Assembly (NCBI GenBank): GCA_965235115.1
Contig: OZ249436.1
Span: 41,542,001 to 41,602,000, forward strand
DNA: 60,000 nucleotides
From: Laetmonice hystrix
Taxonomy: Eukaryota
Direction: 5' to 3'
Under the pieces are notes generated by a model that worked only from the letters and a program-made list of their open reading frames with translations, had not been told where the DNA came from and ran no database searches. A program made the translations under genes and the position numbers. Numbering within the stretch: the stretch's first letter is position 1; the number at the start of each line of letters is the position of its first letter. Of this stretch, positions 1 through 12,330 are shown piece after piece.

Positions 1-2742
1 CTCTAATGGGGTCCTAGAACAAATTCAGCTTGGTTGCCCAAAGGGCAACTTTGGGCAAATCTCGTAATCTGCATAAATCCAAGATGGCCGCCCAACGCCA
101 CCTTGAAAATTTAACTTTTGAACCACTTGCCGTAGAATGATGTATAATACATCATTTTAGGGTTTTTTGGGTATGTAGAATCCATTTCTGATGTTATTTT
201 TTCAATTAAAGGTCAGGGTCAGGTCAAATTCAAGATGGCCGCCCAACGCTACCTTGAACATTTAACTTTTGAACCACATGCCTTAGAATGATGTATAATA
301 CGTCATTTTAGGGGTTTTTGGGTATGTAGAATCCATTTCTGATGTTATTTTTTCAATTGAAGGTCAAGGTCAGGTCAAATTCAAGATGGCCGCCCAACGC
401 CACCTTGAAAATTTAACTTTTGAACCACTTGCCTTAGAATGATGTATAATACGGTACGTCTTTTTAGGGGTTTTTGGGCATGTAGAATCCATTTCTGATG
501 TTATCTTTACAATTGAAGGTCAAGGTCATTTCAAATTCAAGGTGGCCGCCCAACACCACCTTGAAAATTTAACTTTTGAACCACTTGCATTAGAATGATG
601 TATAATACGTCTTTTTAGGGGTTTTTGGGTGTGTAGAGTCGATCCAATTCTGATGTTATTTTTTCAATTGAAGGTCAAGGTCAGGTTAGGGTCTTAGAAT
701 GGCAATAAACGGCTGGTAACAAACAGGAGGCTCCCTTGTAAACCCACAGGAAGCAAGCTAGCCAGTACCATGACTTCTCACTGTACTGTTTGGCCTCCGT
801 GCACTGTTTGGCCTCACTGTACCTTTTGCCCTCACTGTATTGTTTGGCCTCACTATACTGTTTAGTGGGGTATATAGGGCCCTAATCATATAGGCAGGTG
901 GCGGTGGCCGAGTGGGCATGGACGTCGATACCTTATGCTATGCGAATGGGTGCAGTAATCTTGGGGCCGGGGTTCGATTCCTGTAAAGGACTATACAACT
1001 TTTCTCTTTAGGGACATTGTCCAAGTAATTGGGTTACCCCTGATGCCTGTGCATTTCAAAAGAAAACTACAGTCTACGCCAGTGCCAGGATTACCTTAAC
1101 AGTCAATGTTCGGTAGAAATCATGTGTAGCTCTATCTAGGAAAATATGGATTCCGTCTCATTTCGGAAGATGTGTGTAGGGGGAGGGTCCATTGTCCTAC
1201 TCGACCACCAAAGCTTCCTTTTTAGGGGAGTGGCGGTGGCCGAGTGGGCATGGGCGTCGACACCTTATGCTATGCGAATGGGTGCAGTAATCTTGGGGCC
1301 GAAGTTCGATTTCTGTAGAGGACTATACAACTTTTCTCTTTAGGGACATTGTCAAAGTAATTGGGTTACCCCTGATGCCCGTGCATTTCAAAAGAAAAAT
1401 ACAGTCAGGTGCGGTACATAGGGGTCTAATCACAAGAGCCAGGTGGGGTATATAGGGACATAATAAACCAAAGCTTCCTTTTTTAGGGAAGTGGCAGTGG
1501 CCGAGTGGGCATGGGTGTCGATACCTTATGCTATGTGAATGGGTGCAGTAATCTTGGGGCCGGGGTTCGATTCCTGTAGAGGACTATACGACTTTTCTCT
1601 TTAGGGACATTGGCAAAGTAATTGGGTTACCCCTGATGCCCGTGCATTTCAAAAGAAAAATACAGCCGGGTGGGTAATATAGGGACGTATCGCCGAGTGG
1701 GCATGGGCGTCGATACCTTATGCTATGCGAATGGGTGCAGTAATCTTGGGGACGGGGTTCGATTCCTGTAGAGGACTATACGACTTTTCTCTTTAGGGAC
1801 ATTGTCAAAGTAATTTGGTTACCCCTGATGCCCGTGCATTTCAAAAGAAAAATACAGGCAGGTGGCGTATATAGGTTCCTATTCACTACAGTCAGCTGGG
1901 GTATATAGGGCCCTAATCTCTACAGGTGGCTGACTGGGCGTTAAACACCAACTACTCACTCACTCACTACAGCCAGGTGGGGTATATTGGGATCTAATCA
2001 CTACAGGCAGTTGGAGTAGGGTCCTAATCACTATGGGCAGGTTGGTGTCAACTCCTAAAACCCCTAAAAAGACGTATTATACATCATTCTAAGGCAAGTG
2101 GTTCAAAAGTTAAATTTTCAAGGTGGCTTTGGGCGGCCATCTTGAATTTGACCTGACCTTGACCTTCAATTGAAAAAATAACATCAGAAATGGATTCTAC
2201 ATACCCAAAACCCCCTAAAATGACGTATTATACATCATTCTAAAGCAAGTGGTTCAAAAGTTAAATTTTCAAGGTAGCGTTGGGCGGCCATCTTGAATTT
2301 GACCTGACCTTGACCTTCAATTGAAAAAATAACGTCAGAAATGGATTCCACATACCCAAAACCCCCTAAAATGACGTATTATACATCATTCTAAAGCAAG
2401 TGGTTCAAAAGTTAAATTTTCAAGGTAGCGTTGGGCGGCCATCTTGAATTTGACCTGACCTTGACCTTCAATTGAAAAAATAACATCAGAAATGGATTCC
2501 ACATACCCAAAAAACCCTAAAATGACGTATTATACATCATTCTAAGGCAAGTGGTTCAAAAGTTAAATTTTCATGACGGCGTCTGGCAGCCATCTTTGAT
2601 TTATGCAGATTACGAGATTTGCCCAAAGTTGCCGTTTGGGCAACCAAGTTGAATTTGTTCTAGGACCCCATTAGAGTATGAATCAACAAAAAAATTTCAT
2701 AGGAAAGAACATTTCTAGGTTCCGGAAATTTCAACTGGACTA
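1..2742. mobile_element. Foldback-type non-autonomous DNA transposon with long modular TIRs (left tip lies outside the window)
   Basis: Bases 1-~690 are the reverse complement of ~2053-2676. Each arm has about 4 tandem 151-156-bp units (CAAGATGGCCGCCCAACG...). The right end is ...CAACTGGACTA, i.e. a TAG-start terminus, Academ-like by inference. No transposase ORF. Confidence 0.8.
898..1856 (+). repeat. Four tandem copies of a ~170-bp tRNA-derived (SINE-like) unit with Pol III A and B boxes
   Basis: Units start at ~901, 1233, 1493 and 1692 (last one 5'-truncated). A box TGGCCGAGTGG, B box GGTTCGATTCC (one copy variant), followed by a shared tail ending CATTTCAAAAGAAAA. Confidence 0.7.
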
Positions 2743-3739
2743 TCACCCAAATACAACACAACATTCGTGTCGCGGTGAGTATATTATTGACACATATTTT
2801 TTCATATGATTTCATTCAATAATATTGACTTTTATATTTCCACACTGATTATACATTGTGCCCTTACATTTCCAGGTTCTCAAACATTACTATTACAAGT
2901 AGGCCTACTGTACCGCGTGGAGAGAGGCCCTTGAGCACCGTTAAGTTACGTCACCACTTTCTGCATACCACCAGCTTGTTTGCCGTGAAGTACAATGCAT
3001 TTATTACGATTTTGATAATAAACTACCTATATCTACTATCCACCGCCCGGGGCCCCGAGCCTCCGCCACTGGCGTTGGTCACATGGCACTCCAGCCTGAT
3101 CCACTGGCCCGGCCCGATTTTGCTATGGTTGGCCGTGGTGGGCAAAAATCAAGAATGCATCTGACCGAAAACATAAAATCATGTATTTGTGGTTTTTGAT
3201 TTTACGGCCAATCGATTTAAACGGTGAAATGCCTAAATCGGCCGGCCGGCCGGGCTAGTCGATCAGGCCCTGGCGAACAACGGTGTTCATCATGTGCCCA
3301 TTATAGGGTTCACAATCCTTGCTCTAATAATACAATAGCAACATCACCATAGTTACAATTCAATACTATGTCTTTATATATATAGGCTAGATATTCATGC
3401 AGCAGAGGCCTTCACCTGCACGGCTGCACACACGGATTACGACGGGAACAGTCGGCCGACTACCTTATGCACAGTCGTACAAATGAAACACGTATTGTTT
3501 CCCCCCTCACCCCGAATTTTTATTTGCCCGTATATTTTGTTTACATAATATATCTCACCGATTTGCATCAGATGCGCCGAACTTGAAGTTTTTGGACTGT
3601 CAAGACCGTCGTAACACGTCAAGAAACTGTGATATTGATTCTTTTATAGGATCGAGAAGTTGAATTGTGCTCTATTAATTCAACTGACGCGCACTGTTTA
3701 AAAATGTCAAAAACACCACGAGAGTTCTTGAGATATTAA

Positions 3740-4066
3740 AGGTGCTATTCGTCTCGCACAGAATGGCATTTCTCCTATCCTACATTGTGCACATAGTACT
3801 AGAAAAAATTCCTACCGATACCATTGGCCTGATAAACCTTCTATTAGTTTGTGTGCAGCATTTGAAACATATCTCGGTGCGCCATTTCCTATGGTGGGGC
3901 GTGTCAGGGTCGCCACAGGCCTTCTGAGAGAGCCCCATTTGTGCCGTTATCCATGAAAAATTTTGATTTCCTTTGTTGGGAATCTATTTCCATGACAGGT
4001 GGGATCACATAAACGTCAACAAAATTAAAAATAAAAACATTGAACTTTTTTTCACGAATAGCACCT
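3740..4066. mobile_element. MITE with TTAA target duplication (Kolobok-like)
   Basis: TTAA|AGGTGCTATTCGT ... ACGAATAGCACCT|TTAA. Confidence 0.7.
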
Positions 4067-5411
4067 TTAAGACGAGCGTGGACTCGGGGAATGTTGGGAC
4101 CAATCCAATTAACGTTCCTCAATGTATACATGCCTGGCGGGCAGGAAAAGGATTGTGGAGTCTACAGCAGGAGTCAGCGTGAAGCAGAGACGGATTGGTG
4201 CTTCATTATAGCTTGGATCTGCTGTGGCCTCCGGCCCACACAATCAGAGGGCACCGCCAGCCGTGTATAATATGCTAATACGTGTGCTGAGCGTGGACAT
4301 TATACGGGAGAATCCCACTTATAGATCTACCCCGGCGTCATACCTGGACGAAATTTTCTAAGTCCAATATTGTCAGGAGTAGATTCCAGGTATAATTCCA
4401 ATGGAATTACAGACAACATGGTCAGTGGACTGGGAAAATATTAGGCATACAGGGCATTCCTCCGTATGTTGGCCGTTCCATTGAAAAAATACCTTAGAGG
4501 CCTATAGCGGCCAATAGAACTGCCGGGTATGCCTATCACGCCGAGCTAAGTGGGGTTCTCCCATATAATCTTAGCGCAGAATGATCTGGGATAGAAATTC
4601 AATTAAAGTCATGCTAAATGATCAGAGCTAAATTAAACTTAAACCAAATTAGTATAGGAACTTTTTATTGCACAATACTGCTACAGATATAGCCCTATGC
4701 TTATTATTCCATGCACCATGCAAGTATAGATAATGGATCATTCTGTCTACCTCAATGTCAACTATAGATAGGTCGAAGAAATGATAAGTATAGAACTTGT
4801 GTCTTTGACATAAGCCACGCCGAAGTAGGCCCCTATAGGCCAAACATATCCCAACCCTGAAGCGTGTGACAGGCCACTCATGCAGCCGTGTCCGGCAGAA
4901 TGTTCTTGGCGCCCATTCCAACAGCCACTGTCGGGCTGGCGAGTCCAAATGAACGACTATAATACGGAAGCAATCAAGGGCCATGACCAAGAGCTAAATC
5001 ATATAGGAATATTATTTCGATGGCATGCAAATGGTTCACAAGCAAACACCCTACCCATTATACCTGACGCCCGGAGCGACAACGTGATATCGATTTGATG
5101 TGGAAAGTGGGTTTTCATACGAAGGATTCCAGGAATAATCGGGAGAATACAGTAATTAGGCGTCTATTGTCAAATGTAAATTGCATCGTTTTACGGCGCA
5201 GTTGAACTTCAATGCCTTCAATCACTGCATGGTGATAAGCAAGTTGTCCGACACGAGTTTAGACAACATCCTGTGATTTATTCCCAGATTCCACCATTTT
5301 CACTAAATTGAACCATGCAGACCAACTTTTGAAAGCAAAAATATTAGACTTCTAAGGCATATTAGACAAAACCCACGTACAATTAGGTGCATGCATGTAC
5401 TAGATATTGCT

Positions 5412-5627
5412 TAAGTGCTGAACCTACCAAGGCGATTCCCCTTGCGACGGCCATGCGATTTTTGATTTAATGGTGGAATTTCACTCTGAAATATTTCCTG
5501 GCTGGCCTTCTCTGTTTCAGGAAATGGGTTCCATCCTTTAATCTCAAAATTACAGTAAAATAAAAGGGTGATGTCAAAATCGCATGGGCGCCGCAAGGGG
5601 AATCGCCTTGGTGGGTTCAGCACTTTA
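5412..5627. mobile_element. Palindromic MITE
   Basis: About 55-bp inverted arms: AAGTGCTGAACCTACCAAGGCGATTCCCCTTGCG / CGCAAGGGGAATCGCCTTGGTGGGTTCAGCACTT. Confidence 0.7.
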
Positions 5628-5635
5628 TGCATGGT

Positions 5636-5976
5636 CAGTGGGGGATCCAGGATTTTGATAAGGGGGGGGGGGGGCCCACCTAAAAAATGTTTTAGCCTCG
5701 CTACGCTCTGCATGATTTTATTGTAATTATGGCCATTTTGGGCCCCTTTTGGTCTATTTCAATGCTGCATGGCCCAGAGTTAGGTTGTTCCTGGATGACT
5801 GAGGAGGCCCTATTGGGCCCGATGTTACTATCACATACAATATAGGAGGCTTTTTTACAGAATTTTGTTGGAATACTGGTTTCAGGGTCCGAATAATGCA
5901 TCTTCTTACAAAAAAGCGGGGAAAAGGAAAATTTAAGGGGGGGCGGGCCCCTTGGGCCCCCCTGGATCCCCCAGTG
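5636..5976. mobile_element. GC-rich CAG..GGATCC MITE with 5-bp TSD ATGGT
   Basis: ATGGT|CAGTGGGGGATCCAGG ... CCTGGATCCCCCAGTG|ATGGT. Confidence 0.75.
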
Positions 5977-6707
5977 ATGGTCATCCGTAATTTTTAAGGT
6001 ATAGTATAGAGGTTATGCAGTGACGTCATTTGGAGGGAAACAGCATGGTTATGTTTATGTTTAAATGTGCATGGGCATTGGCATCTTGAGTTGTCAAGGG
6101 GCATCGCACATCCTGCATTCTACCCTTTGAGGACAAGCGCAGGCTAAACCGTGGGAGGTTGACCTAGAAGTCAACCTTATGAATATTAATAGGACCTGGC
6201 ATCGGCGTCATTGACTCGACAGTAACACTAAACGATCTTCCCCGTGGCGTAGGCTTTCTCGGGAAAATGCCCCTTAGCATATGCTTTTGCCTTGCCCAGA
6301 TTGCTGATACACAAATATGTCTCTCCCTGACAATACAGTTTGTAGGACTCTGACTTTTAACAGGCGAAATTCCAAATTGATTTCAGCATCGACCGTCGCT
6401 TCGCAAGATAGCGCGGCGAGCTGTCGGTCTCGGCCTAGCACTCGGCTCTACCTCGACAGATGGCAGAATCATGTCTCGGCCGTAATGGTCAGGTCGCCAT
6501 TTTTGAAAGTAGTCACACAACAAAACAAACCCATGTGCTTTCCACAGCTTCCATCTTGGCCTTTGTCGCTATAAAAAAAATTCTAGTGGGTGTTTACGGA
6601 AGGGACGGTGATCAGAGTTATGTAAAATAACGTCCTCCTTACAGGGAATAGAAAAATTCCTCACTAACGTACCTTTGAACACCAGTAACACCATATAAAG
6701 TGTCTAA

Positions 6708-7179
6708 AGCTGGCGCTACACTAGGCGATTCCGTTGCGATGATGTTGAGATTTCACGTTCCCACGGTCGCATCGCATAGTGTAGCAGGCTCCGTCGCCCG
6801 TCGCAAGGCCGTCGCAAACTCGTTGCGACCGTGGGGACGTGAAATCGCAAAGAATGAACATGTTCATTCTTTGCGACGACGGTTGCAGCTGAATCGCACC
6901 GTTTTCCTGCTTGCTACAAGTGTAGCCATCGCCGTCGCTCGTCGCAATGACGTGTCCGCTGGATCAACCAACCAGAAGTCGCTATACTTGTCATGTGATT
7001 ATTTGTACGAATATTGGTTGAAATGAGGCGGCAAATCGGGTGGGCTATCCCCTGTTCGATCGCCAAGTGTAGCAGCATTACCGATGCAACGAGCCAGAGA
7101 CAAGCGACCGGCATCCCCCCGGTTGCGATGGGTTGTTGCAAGCAAATCGCTTGTTGCGTCGCCCAGTGTAGCACCAGCT
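6708..7179. mobile_element. PIF/Harbinger-type MITE
   Basis: TAA|AGCTGGCGCTACACT ... AGTGTAGCACCAGCT|TAA; 3-bp TAA TSD. Confidence 0.75.
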
Positions 7180-7910
7180 TAAGATCACACCGATAAGTGG
7201 AACACTGTCAACGGCGACTTTTTAAAAATACCGCCCGGGTCATTCGCTATTTCCCACGCGAGACAGCGGGAGCTATATCTATTAATAGATAATGGCCAAA
7301 TAGGGTAAACAAACCGACGAAGCCAGCGGGAGAATGTCTCTACATTTCGGTTGATTATTCCTTTACTAAAGATCAGATAATCACCGAATTGTAGGAAAGA
7401 ACAAGCTTGTTCATGCTGAACACCCTTAATTGATAGTTTGAACTTTTCTATTCCCTTTAATTCGTATCTCGCTAGACTGCCTCACCAGTTTCCGAGCGTT
7501 TCGCGCTAGCAGTAGCACTGGCAGCGGCCCGTGTCGCCGCTGTCGGTAGCTGTGACTGAGTATGGTCTGAGTCAGCGAGTATTGGTGGCCGAAGATGGGA
7601 CGAATGGAGGCATAAGCCATTTCCGATTTCAGCGTGTTTCTCTAGCTCTGTTTTGGTTTAACTGCCGCGACTTTCCTTTGGTTATCGGACAGTTTTCAAG
7701 TGCATAATGCAAACACTCATCAACCGCTGCCATTACGCTGTAGGGATTTTAGTCTTGATCAGCGCGCATTGTGCCCCCCTGCCTGCTTACTCGGTATTCA
7801 TTCGCGCCGCATCACAAAGTCAGACAAATCTGTCCATTACACCCGAAGTGAAAATCCGAACCCAGCGGAAGCTGGCGGACTTTTCCGAGGGTTCCCGTGG
7901 GAAAGTTGTA

Positions 7911-8148
7911 TGGAATACCGGCGACGACATGCGAGATGCGAGACAGTGCATGTGTTTGGGTTAGGGTAAAGGTTAGGCCTAGGGTTAGTGTTAGTTTTCA
8001 CTTTAGCCCCAAAATTATTGTTAAATAGGCACTAATTGAGCAGCGGATCGTGATGTCGGTGTCAATAAGAAACATAATAATGTCCTAAATTGACACTGTT
8101 CGGTTCCATGTCGCTTCTCTCATCTCGCATGTCGTCGCCGGTATTCCA
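7911..8148. mobile_element. MITE with TA TSD and internal GGGTTA-like repeats
   Basis: TA|TGGAATACCGGCGACGACATGCGAGATG ... CATCTCGCATGTCGTCGCCGGTATTCCA|TA. Confidence 0.75.
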
Positions 8149-8173
8149 TAGACGCTGCGAAGCACTACCCTAT

Positions 8174-8944
8174 GGGAAAGCGGGGCATGGCGGGACTCGG
8201 GGCATGAAGGGACATGGCTCTAGTTCCTACACTTTCCATCCGATGGGGCTGGGATTCCCCATAGTTGTCACAGCCTTGATGGAAGACATATTGGTGTTGA
8301 CGGATCCGAACGTCAGACCCACATTTATCTGTAATCATCTACAGACTGAAATTCTTGGCACCCAAACTTCCGCCAGGTAAATACTTAACACCCCCTGAGT
8401 CTCTAGAACTAAGAATGACTGACTATTCTCACACCAACAGTTAGTGTGGGCATTATAGAGTAAACATTCATTACGTAACTCGTGATGCATCATCTACTCT
8501 GGCGGGAAGAGGACATCTTTGTGACGTTAAGGGTGGGGCATAATGGGACAGTGGCTTATGGGCCACAATGGGTAACTGTCCCATCATACCCCATGAGTAG
8601 TTAGCGCATGGGCATCCACGGAGGGCGGGGGGCAGGGCAATGGGGGCAGTCCCCCTGCATATTACGTCTGTGATTTGTGTCTGTAAACTGACTGTACCGG
8701 TCAACCCCGACCCTGTGTGAACAGCGTCCCGTAATACCCCGTACTCAAGGGGCACGATGGGACAGTGTTTAATTTTTTAAAAGTTGTGTTTTTTATTTCC
8801 TAGAAGTTAAAACTGTTTCTAATCAGAACTGGTAATAAAGGTTGGTAGTAGGTATACTGCTGTACTATTTTCATGTTCCAGGTGGGTAACGATTTAAAAA
8901 AAAACACATTTGAAAAAGTGTGGCCCGTTATGCCCCGCTTTCCC
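8174..8944. mobile_element. Non-autonomous pogo-like element
   Basis: TIR GGGAAAGCGGGGCAT / ATGCCCCGCTTTCCC followed by TA. Internal GGGGCA(T/C)nATGGGAC repeats. The terminus style matches the pogo end at 34377. Confidence 0.55.
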
Positions 8945-10257
8945 TACGATAAGCAGGCATGGTGTCGTGCATTCGGGACTCCCTCGGGCATATGACGTCA
9001 CTTCCTGCTATTCGAATACCCTCGGGTGGATTAGCGGCCATGTTTGGTAACCAGATACACGGCCAAATGGAGGTGTGTAGCGAGGCACTGAGTGAACCGT
9101 CATATCCCATCAAGCCAGGAAGTAGTGCATTATTGACACCTGCTCTTTCGGCGTTATATATGTGCAAATATAAATTTCTGGTATGAAGGGGAACGTTTGA
9201 AGAAGAAAAATGAATCACCCAATTTACCTAAATGGGCGTCAATACGGTAATTTATCAAATTCTGGGAAGCAATATGGCCGCGCCCATGTACGACACTGGC
9301 CCGACACATGGTAGGACTACTTGTAATCATGTTGTAATTTAAGTTGTATCATGACATGATACTATTGTAATATTGCCCACTGACTTCGGGGAAAGCATTG
9401 TAGGCCTATTTTAGTTGCTTCCATGCCTGATGCAGACAAAATACTGCAAGCACTGCCATGCTGTCGAGAGTCCCGGCTAAATGTACCCGCGATGCAATGC
9501 TCAAAATGGCACCTATTTCACCCGAGGCTACTTTCGAAGATATGGCCGAGGATTCCCGAATGGGTGTCGTGAGGGGGGGGGGGGGGTCACTGGAAGCGGT
9601 TCAACCCCGAGCGTGGGAGGATGGGGCATTGGCGGAGCCGGGTCACCATTCATTGGCTTCTATTGTCCAGCAGGGCCCATTTATCAATGTACCTCGGTTT
9701 GTTGTCCCTCCAAAATACGTCACCTGCATAACCACAATAGAGGAGACGCAGAAAAAATTGACCCCTCGGGCCATCACCCTTCCCATTAATATTTTACATA
9801 GACTAATTACATGTATATAATTATTATGATACAAAATATGTCAAACGTATTATATGATTATAAGACACAGACGATTTCTTCCTGGAACAAGAGTCTGATC
9901 TGCGCGTTCCTCGTGGTCAGAATCTTGGTCAAATATAAGTTTCTTTAATATTTCCTTTAATACTTGATGAACAATGTAGGCGAGGGCAAAGAGACCATGG
10001 CCGGACTGTCCCTTCTGCCCTTATCCCTAATCCATGCACCACTCATTTGTAGGATATGCCCCACACTGATAAGAGCGGGGATATACATGCATTGGTATTT
10101 AGTATACACCTTGTCGTTCCAGACCATGACACTGGCACCCCATGCATGCAGCTTCCAGGTCTTCGCCTTGAATTGAACGTGTTTTAAATTGATGGAAATA
10201 ATGTCCTTGATCTGCTCTTGGCAATCTTTGTCTGCATGTATAGGCCTATACATGTCG

Positions 10258-10495
10258 CAGTGGCGGATCCTTGGGGGGGGGGGGGGGATCCGTACCCTGG
10301 AAAAATTTTAGGGTACGGAATTTTACCCATTTTACCCTCTGGCGGAAACCCTGCCCCTTTGGTGTCAACTTTACCCTTTTTTCTCTCTGACCCATAGAGC
10401 TTTCTGCATGAATTAACCGTGTTGAACCTCCCCCTTTTGCCAGATTCCTCCCCCGACCCACGTGCCCCCTTGCCAAATTCCTGGATCCGCCCCTG
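10258..10495. mobile_element. CAG..GGATCC MITE
   Basis: CAGTGGCGGATCC ... GGATCCGCCCCTG; flanks TGTCG / GGTCG (5-bp TSD with one mismatch). Confidence 0.7.
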
Positions 10496-11079
10496 GGTCG
10501 TAAACAGATAGCCTACATATCTCACAGTCATTAACATTCCGGTGTTAAAAGTCTGAATACGTACAGTATGCGTAATTTATTGGGCTACACGATTCGCCCC
10601 ATTATTTCACAAAACGCAACGATCACATGTTGAATTTTGCAGCTTATTCACAAACACCGCCGCTATAGGAGACGTGCTGATATTAGCAGTATACTATATA
10701 GGCCACTATAAGTGTACTTTTAAAATTCAGAAGCCCACCTATATATTCCAAAGTGTTTGTAGCTACATAGCACAGCTCTATAGGCATTTCATTCAAGAGT
10801 TAGAGCTTGCTGACCTGTAGGAACCTACACATTTCGTGATGTCCGATCTCTAAAACTATAATGGTCACAAGAAGAACTGCTCCGGTGTAAGGTGAAGATT
10901 TCCTTGCTTTTAGTTGAAAAAAGCGCCAATGGCTGCAAGCCTATGGATATAGTGTTCGACGGATTTCTGAATGCAATCAAGAACATGCAGTTCCAGACAC
11001 ATTGAGTCTTTTGAACACGCAGTCCTCAATGTTATCAGGTTTGGCTCAATGTTTTTGGGTTTGGCTCAATGTGTTCACC

Positions 11080-12330
11080 TCACCTGGACGGGTTAACCTC
11101 ACCTGGGCAGGAAGTTTCTAGAAGGGGTGTCTCACGGATGATAATTCGGTTCTTCTTATACAGATTGTATTGATTGTGCATGTCCAACGAGGAATGACTT
11201 TTCCTTTTCAGAATGTTGCTCTTAACTCGCCGTACAACTCTGGAACACAGTCTCCTCAGGCCCAAACGAAAGTTACGGCTAGATAAAGTATACAGGAAAA
11301 AGTCGACGGAGAAGTTAAGATAATATAGGATTTGGAAGAGCTGTTGCCAGAGAATAAACTCCTGTCCCGGTTGGTAGTCAGAATCCACTAATGTCATGAC
11401 GAAGGCGTAAGCGCGGATTGTATGGGACGGCAAGTTGCAGATGAGAAACACGCTAGACACGATCAATAACATACGTGTTGCCCGCATCTGGTAACTGGCC
11501 TTTCCTTTAGGGAGTGGCCAGAGGTTACCGATCACCATACGTTTAGTGTTCGAGTTATTGTGGCCGGTGAAGTCCCATTTCCACATGGCGTCATTTTGCT
11601 GATTTTCCTTGCGCCTGTAAAAGGTGCAGACAAGCTGAGCGATTCGGATATTACAGCCCAGAATGATGGTTGTCGGGATGATAAATGTGATCAAGGTATC
11701 TGTGTTGTTGATTACCCATGCTGTTCGTGAGAACCCTGGTAAGGGAGCACATATGGGCATGTCGTTAAATATAATAACGCCAGACATGAAGGGCGAGAAT
11801 AAGTAAATCACCATCGCGAAGAGCGCTAGTAAGGTAACGGCGTGTTTGGCTTTTGCCGGGGTACAGACACGAAGGCGCAAGCCAGGGAAGCCAACCAATA
11901 TCAGGCGTTCTATCGTAAAGGTGACAATGTACCAGACAGATAAAAAGCTGGTGACATACGTCAGGTAGACTAATGCCTGGCACCAACCGTTCAGGTGATA
12001 CACCCGTTCTCCCCACGACAGAAACACACAGAGGATAAAAACGGTATCTGATACTGATAACGCTGCCAAGTAGATATTGCAAGAAGAGCGTCGTAAATAC
12101 GTACTGACAAAAACAGTGATTGACACTACATTTCCAGCCAGTCCAATAAACAAAATCAGAGGCAGAAAATACGTATAAAGCTGTTGGAGAGACTGCTTGA
12201 AAAACGCAAGATCTACATTGCCTTTATCGGCGAGTGCGCTGTCACTGGAATAATTAATCCACTGGATGGTGCCGTCATCGGACAGAGGAAAGTCTGCGAT
12301 ACCTGTGATGTTGAAGACTGCCATGTTCAT
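11080..12330 (-). CDS. Class A (rhodopsin-like) GPCR, probable neuropeptide receptor, single coding exon, 416 aa
   Basis: Seven hydrophobic segments. Motifs GN (TM1), LAALSVSD (TM2), TIERL (DRY position), FLICNLP (TM6), NFSVDFFLY (NPxxY position), then SRNFR helix 8. The pattern resembles invertebrate FMRFamide/sex-peptide-receptor-like GPCRs. Confidence 0.9.
   Translation of the reverse strand: MNMAVFNITGIADFPLSDDGTIQWINYSSDSALADKGNVDLAFFKQSLQQLYTYFLPLILFIGLAGNVVSITVFVSTYLRRSSCNIYLAALSVSDTVFILCVFLSWGERVYHLNGWCQALVYLTYVTSFLSVWYIVTFTIERLILVGFPGLRLRVCTPAKAKHAVTLLALFAMVIYLFSPFMSGVIIFNDMPICAPLPGFSRTAWVINNTDTLITFIIPTTIILGCNIRIAQLVCTFYRRKENQQNDAMWKWDFTGHNNSNTKRMVIGNLWPLPKGKASYQMRATRMLLIVSSVFLICNLPSHTIRAYAFVMTLVDSDYQPGQEFILWQQLFQILYYLNFSVDFFLYTLSSRNFRLGLRRLCSRVVRRVKSNILKRKSHSSLDMHNQYNLYKKNRIIIRETPLLETSCPGEVNPSR

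Noticed and set aside
898..1856. Possible functional tRNA gene cluster
   Set aside because: A and B boxes are present, but I could not fold a convincing acceptor stem or anticodon arm. Recorded as a tRNA-derived repeat instead.
2856..10537. Numerous 60-120-aa ORFs
   Set aside because: They overlap MITEs or low-complexity DNA, and have no domain motifs or coherent splice structure.
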